The notes under the pieces: generated by a model
What the model saw: the letters and a program-made list of their open reading frames with translations, nothing else
Databases searched by the model: none
Told to the model about the DNA's origin: nothing
Made by a program: the position numbers and the translations under genes
In this document: positions 37,380 to 48,505 of the stretch, piece by piece
Position numbering within the stretch: the stretch's first letter is position 1
Layout: every line of letters starts with the position of its first letter
Origin: Eledone cirrhosa
Lineage: Eukaryota
DNA: 64,000 nucleotides
Direction of reading: 5' to 3'
Assembly: GCA_964016885.1 (NCBI GenBank)
Contig: OZ024741.1
Coordinates: 14,260,001 to 14,324,000 of the forward strand

Positions 37380-40300
37380 CGCTGTCCCTTGCAGTCTCAC
37401 TCTGTCTCTTGCAGTCTCACGCTGTCTCTTGCAGTCTCACGCTGTCTCTTGCAGTCTCACGCTGTCTCTTGCAGATTCTCGCTGTCTCTTGCAGTCTCAC
37501 GCTGTCTCTTGCAGTCTCACGCTGTCTCTTGCAGTCTCACGCTGTCCCTTGCAGATTCTCGCTGTCTCTTGCAGTCTCACGCTGTCTCTTGCAGTCTCAC
37601 GCTGTCTCTTGCAGATTCTCGCTGTCTCTTGCAGTCTCACGCTGTCTCTTGCAGTCTCACGCTGTCTCTTGCAGTCTCACGCTGTCCCTTGCAGATTCTC
37701 GCTGTCTCTTGCAGTCTGACGCTGTCTCTTGCAGTCTCACGCTGTCCCTTGCAGTCTCACGCTGTCTCTTGCAGTCTCACGCTGTCTCTTGCAGATTATC
37801 GCTGTCTCTTGCAGTCTGAAGCTGTCTCTTGCAGATTCTCGCTGTCTCTTGCAGATTCTCGCTGTCTCTTGCAGTCTCACGCTGTCTCTTGCAGATTCTC
37901 GCTGTCTCTTGCAGTCTCACTCTGTCTCTTGCAGATTCTCGCTGTCTCTTGCACTCTCACGCTGTCTCTTGCAGATTCTCGCTGTCTCTTGCAGTCTCAC
38001 GCTGTCTCTTGCAGTCTCACTTTGTCTCTTGCAGATTCTCGCTGTCTCTTGCAGTCTCACTCTGTCTCTTGCAGATTCTCGCTGTCTCTTGCAGTCTCAC
38101 GCTGTCTCTTGCAGATTCTCGCTGTCTCTTGCAGTCTCACGCTGTCTCTTGCAGATTCTCGCTGTCTCTTGCAGTCTGACGCTGTCTCTTGCAGTCTCAC
38201 GCTGTCTCTTGCAGATTATCGCTGTCTCTTGCAGTCTGACGCTGTCTCTTGCAGATTCTCGCTGTCTCTTGCAGATTCTCGCTGTCTCTTGCAGTCTCAC
38301 GCTGTCTCTTGCAGATTCTCGCTGTCTCTTGCAGTCTCACGCTGTCTCTTGCAGATTCTCGCTGTCTCTTGCAGTCTCACGCTGTCTCTTGCAGTCTCAC
38401 TCTGTCTCTTGCAGATTCTCGCTGTCTCTTGCAGTCTCACTCTGTCTCTTGCAGATTCTCGCTGTCTCTTGCAGTCTCACGCTGTCTCTTGCAGATTCTC
38501 GCTGTCTCTTGCAGTCTCACGCTGTCTCTTGCAGATTCTCGCTGTCTCGTGCAATTTCTCGCTGTCTCTTGCAGATTCTCGCTGTCTCTTGCAGATTCTC
38601 GCTGTCTCTTGCAGTCTCACGCTGTCTCTTGCAGTCTCAAGCTGTCTCTTGCAGATTCTCGCTGACTCTTGCAGTCTCACGCTGTCTCTTGCAGATTCTC
38701 GCTGCCTCTTGCAGATTCTCGCTGTCTCTTGCAGTCTCACGCTGTCTCTTGCAGATTCTCGCTGTCTCTTGCAGTTTCACGCTGTATCTTGCAGATTCTC
38801 GCTGTCTCTTGCAGTCTCACGCTGTCTCTTGCAGATTCTCGCTGTCTCTTGCAGATTCTCGCTGTCTCTTGCAGTCTCACGCTGTCTCTTGCAGTCTCAC
38901 GCTGTCTCTTGCAGTTTCACGCTGTCTCTTGCAGATTCTCGCTGCCTCTTGCAGTCTCACGCTGTCTCTTGCAGATTCTCGCTGTCTCTTGCAGATTCTC
39001 GCTGTCTCTTGCAGTCTCATGCTGTCTCTTGCAGATACTCGCTGTCTCTTGCAGTTTCACGCTGTCTCTTGCAGATTCTCGCTGTCTCTTGCAATTTCTC
39101 ACTGTCTCTTGCAGTCTCACGCTGTCTCTTGCAGTCTCACGCTGTCTCTTGCAGATTCTCGCTGTCTCTTGCAGTCTCACGCTGTCTCTTGCAGATTCTC
39201 GCTGTCTCTTGCAGTCTCACGCTGTCTCTTGCAGATTCTCGCTGACTCTTGCAGTTTCACGCTGTATCTTGCAGATTCTCGCTGACTCTTGCAGATTCTC
39301 GCTGTCTCTTGCAGATTCTCGCTGTCTCTTGCAGTCTCACGCTGTCTCTTGCAGATTCTCGCTGCCTCTTGCAGATTCTCGCTGTCTCTTGCAGATTCTC
39401 GCTGTCTCTTGCAGATTCTCGCTGTCTCTTGCAGATTCTCGCTGTCTCTTGCAGTCTCACGCTGTCTCTTGCAGATTCTCGCTGTCTCTTGCAGTCTCAC
39501 GCTGTCTCTTCCAGATTCTCGCTGTCTCTTGCAATTTCTCTCTGTATCTTGCAGTCTCACTCTGTCTCTTGCAGATTCTCGCTGTCTCTTGCAGATTCTC
39601 GCTGTCTCTTGCAATTTCTCGCTGTATCTTGCAGTCTCACTCTGTCTCTTGCAGTCTCACGCTGTCTCTTGCAGATTCTCGCTGTCTCTTGCAGATTCTC
39701 GCTGTCTCTTGCAATTTCTCGCTGTCTCTTGCAGATTCTCGCTGTCTCTTGCAATTTCTCGCTGTCTCTTGCAGATTCTCGCTCTCTCTCGCAGTCCCAC
39801 GCTGTCTCTTGCAGATTCTTGCTGTCTCTTGCAATTTCTCGCTGTCTCTTGCAGATTCTCGCTGTCTCTTGCAGATTCTCGCTGTCTCTTGCTGTCTCAC
39901 GCTGTCTCTTGCAGATTCTCGCTGTCTCTTGCAATTTCTCGCTGTCTCTTGCAGATTCTCGCTGTCTCTTGCAATTTCTCGCTGTCTCTTGCAGATTCTC
40001 GCTGTCTCTTGCAGTCTCACGCTGTCTCTTGCAATTTCTCGCTGTCTCCTGCAGATTCTCGCTGCCTCTTGCAGATTCTCGCTGTCTCTTTCAGATTCTC
40101 GCTGTCTTGCAATTTCTCGCTGTCTATCGCTGTCTCACGCTGTCTCTTGCAGATTCTCGCTGTCTCTTGCAGATTCTCGTTGTCTCTTGCATTCTCACGC
40201 TGTCTCTTCCAGATTCTCGCTGTCTCTTGCAATTTCTCGCTGTCTCTTGCAGATTTTCGCTGTCTCTTGCAATTTCTAGCTGTCTCTTGCAGATTCTCGT

Positions 40301-40930
40301 TGTCTCTTACTGTCTCACGCTGTCTCTTGCAGATTCTCGCTGTCTCTCGCAGTCTCACGCTGTCTCTTGCAGATTCTCGTTGTCTCTTACTGTCTCACGC
40401 TGTCTCTTGCAGATTCTCGCTGTCTCTCGCAGTCCCACACTGTCTCTTGCAGTCTCACGCTGTCTCTTGCAGATTCTCGCTGTCTCTTGCAGATTCTCGC
40501 TGTCTCTTGCAGATTCTCGCTGTCTCTTTCAGATTCTCGCTGTCTCTTGCAGATTCTCGCTGTCTCTTGCAGATTCTCGTTGTCTCTTGCAGTCTCACGC
40601 TGTCTCTTGCAGATTCTCGTTGTCTCTTGCAGTCTCACGCTGTCTCTTCCAGATTCTCGCTGTCTCTTGCAATTTCTCGCTGTCTCTTGCAGATTCTCGT
40701 TGTCTCTTGCAGTCTCACGCTGTCTCTTCCAGATTCTCGCTGTCTCTTGCAATTTCTCGCTGTCTCTTGCAGATTCTCGCTGTCTCTTGCAGTCTCACGC
40801 TGTCTCTTGCAGATTCTCGCTGTCTCTTGCAGATTCTCGCTGCCTCTTGCAGATTCTCGCTGTCTCTTGCAATTTCTCGCTGTCTCTCGCTGTCTCTTGC
40901 AGTCTCTCGCTGTCTCTCGCAGTCCCTCGC
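37380..40930 (+). repeat. 20-bp satellite, ~175 units, GCTGTCTCTT-GCAG(TCTCAC/ATTCTC)
   Basis: Strict 20-bp period visible in the block layout; 2-bp register shift near 40105. Confidence 0.98.
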
Positions 40931-41039
40931 AATCCCCCACGCTTACTCGGAACGTGTAACATATACACGAAAACGCTCATACACAGACAAGTACATATAT
41001 ACATACATGGATAGATATAGACATACATACGTACAAACG

Positions 41040-41071
<32 letters not shown>

Positions 41072-41073
41072 TA

Positions 41074-44000
41074 TCTTATATATAAAGTGAAGTTGGGCGT
41101 TGTTTGTTTGTTTGGTGTCCCGAACTTGCAGGCTACACCGTTCATCCGATTTTCATGAAACTTGACACATATATAAAACTCGATCCGTAGAATGAAATAG
41201 GCTTCTTGAAATTTTCGAAAAATCGATATTTTCAAACATCGTCCGATTTCGATGAAACTCGATGCAAGTGTGTATTTTGATCCGGGGATGAATGTGGGCT
41301 ACATTAAATTTTCGAAACATCGATAATTGGATCACCAGAGGCAAAAGTCCGGCAACCGAAAAATGCCATTCTTCTTGCTTCCATTTGTCGCGACTCCCGC
41401 CATGCAAAAAACGTTCAATCTATCAGGATTATCCACCGTAAGTCTCTTTAAATTAACGCTCACCATATTCAGCAAACCTTTTATGCCGATTCTTCCATTT
41501 CTTATATAAGGACTGTCAAGACTATACCGCCGCGCATCATCCTGTATTGCGCCCAGTCTTCTCAAGCGATCATCGAGGCTCCATGCGCTCCCTTCATTCC
41601 CGTGGTCCCACTACCGTAGCATAATGAGGCATCCGTCAATCCCTGCCCTCTCCCTTCCCTGCACGCCGTCGACCCACTGCATCGTTGTGCATCACCATGC
41701 GCATCTCTGCCTTGTCAGCCGCAATTCATTCCCCGGCCCTTTCCATGGCCTTCCCTCCGTGGTCCCTAAGGACTGTCACGGCTCAACATGCCGAATCCCT
41801 GCCACCGTCAACCCCTACCCTCTCCCTTGCCAGCACGCCTTGGTCCCTCACGACTGCCATGGCTCACCATGCGGCATTCCTGCTCTATCAGCAACTTTCA
41901 CAAATGTCATCAGCATGGTTTATTCCTGCGCCGCACATAAGCGCCCATTATCTCAGACCAAAGACAGCACCGAACATGAAGACGATCCTGTGTAAGTCTT
42001 TTTACATTCATTTTGACCATATTTAACAAAATTAAACAAAAATTCATCCCTTTCTCCTCCAAAGCTTACCGATTATGTATGGCCGATAAACATCCTGTCT
42101 TGCACTCGGTTTTCTCAAACAATCATCGTGCCTCCCAGTGCTCTCTATATTCCCGAGGTGAAACTCAATTGGCATGCCGCATCCACTACCTGTCAGCCGC
42201 CATGCACCCTGCCCTTTCTTCATGCCTCATCATGTTGCATCCCTGCCCTGTCAGCCGCCATCCACTCCCCGACTCTTTCCACTGCCTAGGCATGGCACTC
42301 TTGAGGGACCAAGTCGCATCCCTGCCACCGTCAACCCCTGCCCTCTCCGTTCCCTGCACGCCGTCGCCCCACTGCATCGTCATGCATCACCATGCCGCAT
42401 CAATGCTCTGTCAGCCGCCATCCCCTCCTCGGCCCTTTCTTTTGCCTTCCCGCAATGCTCCTTCAAGACTGCCATGGCTCACCATGCGGCATCCTTGCCA
42501 CCGTCCACCCATGCCCTCTTCCTTGCCTGCTGCCGTCGTCTCACTGCATCGTCATGCCTCAGGATGCCGCATCCATGCACTGTCAGCCACCGTCCCCTCC
42601 TCGGCCCTTTCTTTTGCCTGACCGCCGTGCTCCTTCAAGACTTCCATGGCTATCTATGTCGCATCAATTCCTTGCCAGCCGCTTAAACGTCATCAGCATG
42701 GCTTATTGTTGCCCCATTTGATCACCGATTTTCGCAGGCTAAACACAATACCAACGTGCACGATAGTCCATGGTAAATATTTTTAATTACATGTTCATCA
42801 TGCTAAGCAAAGAATGATTAGCAACTCTTTCATTTCTCCTGACATGGCTTTCTGTCAATTATGGCCGAGAAGCATCCTGTGTAGCATCGCGTCTTCTCAA
42901 GCGATCAACGTGCCTTCCACTGTCCTCACAATTGACTCACAACGCCGCATCTATTCCCTGCGACACCCCTAAACATCATCAGCATGGCTTTTTTTTCTGC
43001 CGCGTTTAACCGGCCCTCATTCTAGGCCATAAACAACAAAACCACACGATGATGCTGCGTAAGTCTATTTAAATTAATGGTCAACAGGTTCAGCAAAATA
43101 ATTGTACCAATTCTTCCTCTTCACCTCCAAGGCCTATCCATGACATCTTAGAGGTTGGGATTCGCAATTTCTACGATTTCAATATTGACACAACAGTCCG
43201 TCAAGTTTTTCGTCACATGTTGCTCCGATAGGAATATCAACGTGATTTTCACTTAATTCGTAAGTGTTCAGTCTTCCGTATGCTTTTATTTTTATTGACT
43301 ACAATCATCTAACTTCACTTTGTAGGCTAGACATGAATCACAAGGAAAACAATCCTCTGATATACAACCCCACCACATTCTTTGGTCTACCTAGATTGCA
43401 ATGGCTATATCCTTTGCTTTTGTATGGTTGTACATTTGACAATGTCACAAAACATTATTCCACTTGATTCTTACCTTCCATCTATGAATTGGGCAGTGCC
43501 TTAAAATCCCGGTTTATTTGCGTGCAATTTTTTGGTATCTTATGAATGGAGAATCGAAAACCCTTTTTCTCATAACCTGATACATGCGTTACACATGCTC
43601 CATGGATGTTTGTGGACTATTTTTTCAAAATACCAATATCACAAATTGGAGTACAAAAAGAAACGTTTGTTCTTCATTTATTTAGGTTAAAGCATCTTGC
43701 TGGAATTTAGCGCAGAGCCGTTTAAATACAGCGCCTTATAACCCCGAGTGTAACCGGGTACACCAGCTAGAAAGACAAATGGAAACATTGTTTCCTCGGT
43801 CCGATTTGACGAAAGTCGATTTAGTTCCACAACAAATTAACAAACCATACTTGAAGACACGTTGAGGCTGTTGCAAAGGACAATAACCCTAGACACAATT
43901 TTGATCAACTTTTTTTCACCTATAGCAAATTTACCGGGACAGGTTTTTAGCTACTCAAATCTACTTCAGAGGTCACGCATTCATGTAAAAAATCAATAAA

Positions 44001-44480
44001 ATGAAGCGGGGGTTTGACTTTGCGCAAAAAACAAGGCAAAGTTGCACATGGGAAAACTTTTTACAGGAACGTCCGATTTTCTTGAAAACTGTCGCAAAAG
44101 ACTCGCCATTATGCCGCGGTTCAGATAAAGTCCCTTTTATTTCTTCTTCTGCACATGTGAGCGCGAAAATTGTAAAAAAACAAAAAAAAACTGTGAAAAA
44201 TTCGACTTTTTCACCCTGCTTTAAAAATCAACTGAAAATTCAATTTCAAGTGAATTTGACTTCCGTCAGTCTTGCAAAAACTATTTCAACGATACACTGT
44301 GAACCTACAATTGATCTATTATTTATGCTAAATTACACACCTGCGTCTACTAACCTCTGTTTTTTTTCCTTGGGGTTCGAAGGTTTTTGCACCTGTGATG
44401 CGCGGGAAGTAACTTTAACACATTTTAACAATAGAGGAAAGGTCGACTTACACTCGGGCAACGCCGGGTACTTCTGCTAG
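41074..44480 (+). mobile_element. Non-autonomous Helitron copy 1, with two 3' ends
   Basis: A|TC start at 41074; hairpin + CTAG at 43770 and again at 44480 followed by T; no target duplication; both ends shared with 48506-51020. Confidence 0.82.
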
Positions 44481-44501
44481 TATATATATATATATATATA
44501 A

Positions 44502-46170
44502 CTTTGATAACTTCGATAACTTTGATAGGTTTCGGCCAGTATTGGCCCAGTCCAAGTCTCACTAATAGCACCACCTGGTGAAGTCTTTCCAATCAGGATT
44601 TGGACACCATGGCTCACTCAAGTAGAGAATTATTGTTTACGGTGGCATATCTGAGTGTAGGTGGTTTATCCGGGATTTCTTGAAGGAATTTGTCCCACAA
44701 CTTCTTGAACTTTATGGGTCTGTTTCTGTTTCAATGTGTTTTGGTGTAATGTTAAAAAAAGCGGGACCAATTGAGGTGAAATAATTGTGCCGTAATATTA
44801 TTATGAGATGCGAGTTTGATTTTTGTTGTGGGCGGATAACATGGGGTCCAAGTCTCGGGTGTAGTTTAAAGGTGATGTCAACATCATTTGGGCAATGCTG
44901 ATGAAATATTTTCCACATCATGTAGATAACGTAGCGCTCCCGGCGGCGTTGGAGAGAATAAAGGTTGAGCTTTTCTAGTCAACTTCAATAGTCAAGGCCT
45001 GACATGCCATCTATCTTTTTTGTGATTGACCTTTGAGGTGATTCAATCTTCATAATACTTTGCTTCATGTGGGGTGACCACAGTGGACAATAATATTCAA
45101 GGTGGGGTCGGGCAAAAGTAGAGAAGAGAAGGATAATAGAGTGGATATCTCTCGACTGGAAAGTTCTGAGAATCCAGGAACATATTCTGAGGGCAATGTC
45201 AACTTTGTTGTTTATATGAGTGACCCAGCTTATGTTGTTGTCCACAATTACTCCCAGGTCGCTGATGTTGGATGCCACAAGAGTTTCACCTGAAGGAAGG
45301 GAATATTGGAGTTTCAGTGCATTCTCTTTTCCAAAGTGGATCAACTCAAATTTATCCTCGCTCAACAGCATGTTCTTCTTTTCTACCCATTGGATAACAG
45401 ACAGTAGGTAGATTGAAGGAATGTCCGGTCACCCACTCCATTGATGACCTTCTGGAACTTGGAATCATCTGCAAAGATTCTTATGTTGTGCTTGATGACG
45501 TCAGTAACGTCATTTATATAGATAATAAAAAGAAGTGGGCCCAACACAGTGCCTTGTGGAACGCCACTACTAAATTTGGCTGGGCTGATTTTACTCCTTC
45601 GACTACAACATGTTAGGCTCTGTATGTTAGGAAACACTTTATCCATTGCAGTAACGTTCCAGAGACCCCAATGCTGGATAGTTTTATCAGTAGAATGTTA
45701 TGATCAACCCTGTCAAATGCCTTGCTGAAATCAAGGTAGATGACATCAGTGTTGGAGCCCTCTCCCAAGGCTTTCAAAATATCATCAAAGTGATGGAGGA
45801 GCTGCGTTACGCAGTCCCTTCCATTACGGGACCCATGTTGGTTGGAATTCAGCAATCTGTTGCTTTCAAGAAGGTAGGTTATTCGTGATCTCACCACCCT
45901 CTCAAATTACCTTGATGATATGAAAGGTGAGTGAGATCGGACGGTAGTTCACTGCAAGGGACTTGTTTTCCGTTTTAAAAACTGGGACAACAGATTGGGA
46001 CAGAAATTTTTCAGGAATATAGCCAGTAACCAGTGAGTTCCTCCACAGATTAGCAAGAGGAGATGAAAGTTGGTGTCGACACACCTTCAGGACAAAAGCA
46101 GGTAACCTATGGGGGCTGAATTGTGTTTAATTTCGTTTATTGCTGCTAAGAGATCAGGGGCACCAAACAC
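44502..46170 (-). mobile_element. CR1-like LINE, 5'-truncated copy of the same family as 27763-32453
   Basis: RT pieces 45902-46084, 45613-45897, 45383-45646, 44985-45371; same 3' stem-loop and tail. Confidence 0.9.
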
Positions 46171-46427
46171 AGACACGCACACACACTACATATATATATA
46201 GTTATCGACCGATATTAACATTAAAAGTATATTGATTTTAGAATATTTTCATCCCCTTGCAAGTTGAATTAGATAAGTACACTGCATAGAAATAACTTTT
46301 CCATCTATCGTGACTTTTCCTCTATGTCAAACCCCCTCTTCATTCTAAAGAAAATGCCAACTTCCTTTCATAATATGTTCTTGTGGTTTATTCAGAAATT
46401 CTTTGTTGTTATTATTATTTATTCCGA

Positions 46428-46610
46428 GGTGGATTGGCAGTATCGGTAGAGGATTGGACGCCATGCTTTGCTGCATAGAGTTACGGCCTGACTTCAAATC
46501 CCGCTGAGGTTAACTTTGCCTTTCATCCTTACGGGATCGATAAAATAAAGTACCAGTAATGCACTGGGTAATTGTTGGCCATGTGCCAAAGGTAGAAACA
46601 ATTATTATTT
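46428..46610 (+). mobile_element. tRNA-derived SINE, family 1
   Basis: ggtggattggcagtatcggtagag head; aligns with 57893-58075. Confidence 0.8.
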
Positions 46611-46682
46611 GTTCTAACATTACCAGTCAGAGAAAAAAAAGGGTTTAAAATTAAAGTAAAAAAATATATGAAGGTTGGAAGT

Positions 46683-46950
46683 TCCAACCCAGTTCCGATA
46701 CTATGGCCATGTGGTTAGAATGTCTCAGGAAAGAATCGCTGGACAGATTTTACGGGTAAAGCCAATCGGCAGGAGACCCAGGGGTAGACCCCGAGCAAGA
46801 TGGTTGGATAAGATACATGAGCTTGGCTGGTCTCACTTGGGGATCCAGCCGGATCAGTTGGAGACAGTTGCTTCTGATATGACCCGCTGGAGGAAGTGTT
46901 TGAGGACTCTGCTCCCACAACCCTCTCAGGAAGAAGAAGAAGGTGAATAA
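46683..46950 (+). mobile_element. RTE-clade LINE 3' fragment with 13-bp target-site duplication
   Basis: QFRYYGHVVRM ... GRRPRGRPRARWLD; gaaggttggaagt at 46670 and 46951. Confidence 0.85.
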
Positions 46951-47079
46951 GAAGGTTGGAAGTGAATGATATCGCCAAAGATCTACCAAACATGAACAAT
47001 ACATGGATGTCACAGATTCAACACCAACATTTAACTGTAGATATTTGTCCTTTTTCCTTGTCTTCTATTTGTTTCTTGT

Positions 47080-47512
47080 GTCTGTCTGCCTGTCTCTCTC
47101 TCTCTCTCCCTCTCTCTCTCCCTTTCTTTCTCTATCTCTCTCCCCTCTCCCCCACTATCTCTCTCTATCTCTTCCTTTCTTTCTCTCTCGCTCTCTCTCT
47201 CTCTCTTTCTTTCTTTCACTCTCTTTCGCCCCCCCCCATCTCTCCCTCTCTCTCTCACTCCCGTCTCTCCCTCTCCCCTCTCTCTCTCTTTCTTTCTTTC
47301 TTTCTCTCTTGCCCTCTCTCTCTCTCCGTCTCTCTCTCTCTTTCTTTCTCTCTCCGTCTCTCTCTCTCACCCCCTCTCTCTCTCCCTCTCTCTCTCCCTC
47401 CCTCTTCCCCTCTCTCTATCTTTCTTTCTCTCTCGCCTCCCCCTCTTTCTTTCTTTCTCCCCATCTCTCTCGCTCCCCCTCTCTCTCTATCCCCCCTCTC
47501 TCTCGCTCTCTC
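47080..47512. repeat. Degenerate (CT)n tract
   Basis: Read directly from the sequence. Confidence 0.9.
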
Positions 47513-47635
47513 GATACTGTTTCTTATCTACAATGTGTCCATAAAGACCATATGTAATATAAAATATTTCTATCATCTTAAATTGCAGGCGGACTTTATG
47601 GAGACATTGTATAGTGTGGATTGGATAACTTTCTC

Positions 47636-48378
47636 AGGGGGCGGTGGATTGGCAGTATCGGTAGAGGGTCTGACGTCATGCTAGGGTGGTGGAGTGGCAG
47701 TATCGGTAGAGGGTCGGACGTCATGCTAGGGTGGTGGAGTGGCAGTATCGGTAGAGGTCGGACGCCATGTTAAGGCGGTGGATTGGCAGTATCGGTAGAG
47801 GGTCTGACGTCATGTTAAGGCGGTGGATTGGCAGTATCGGTAGAGGGTCTGACGTCATGTTAAGGCGGTGGATTGGCAGTATCGGTAGAGGGTCTGACGT
47901 CATGTTAGGGTGGTGGATTGGCAGTATCGGTAGAGGGTCTGACGTCATGTTAAGGCGGTGGATTGGCAGTATCGGTAGAGGGTCTGACGTCATGTTAAGG
48001 CGGTGGATTGGCAGTATCGGTAGAGGGTCGGACGCCATGTTAGGGTGGTGGATTGGCAGTATCGGTAGAGGGTCGGACGCCATGTTAGGGCGGTGTATTG
48101 GCAGTATCGGTAGAGGTCGGACGCCATGTTAAGGCGGTGGATTGGCAGTATCGGTAGAGAGTCGGACGCCATGTTAGGGCGGTGGATTGGCAATATTGGT
48201 AGAGGGTCGGACGCCATGTTAAGGCGGTGGATTGGCAGTATCGGTAGAGGGTCGGACGCCATGTTAGGGCGGTGGATTGGCAATATTGGTAGAGGGTCGG
48301 ACGCCATGTTAAGGCGGTGGATTGGCAGTATCGGTAGAGGGTCGGACGCCATGTTAAGGCGGTGGATTGGCAGTATCT
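47636..48378 (+). repeat. 45-bp minisatellite (~16 copies) made of the SINE family 1 head
   Basis: Unit taaggcggtggattggcagtatcggtagagggtcggacgccatgt matches the start of the SINE at 57893. Confidence 0.93.
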
Positions 48379-48505
48379 AACACACATGGTATGTTCTGAA
48401 ATTTTGATCCAACAAACGAATATAAAATATTAATGATTAAAATAAATAAGAAAATTATATATATGTATATATGTGTGTATCAATATGCATAGGTATATAA
48501 ATATA

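Noticed and set aside
37389-41090. 500-600 aa ORFs in all three plus-strand frames
   Set aside because: The 20-bp satellite unit lacks stop codons on that strand, and the period is not a multiple of three.
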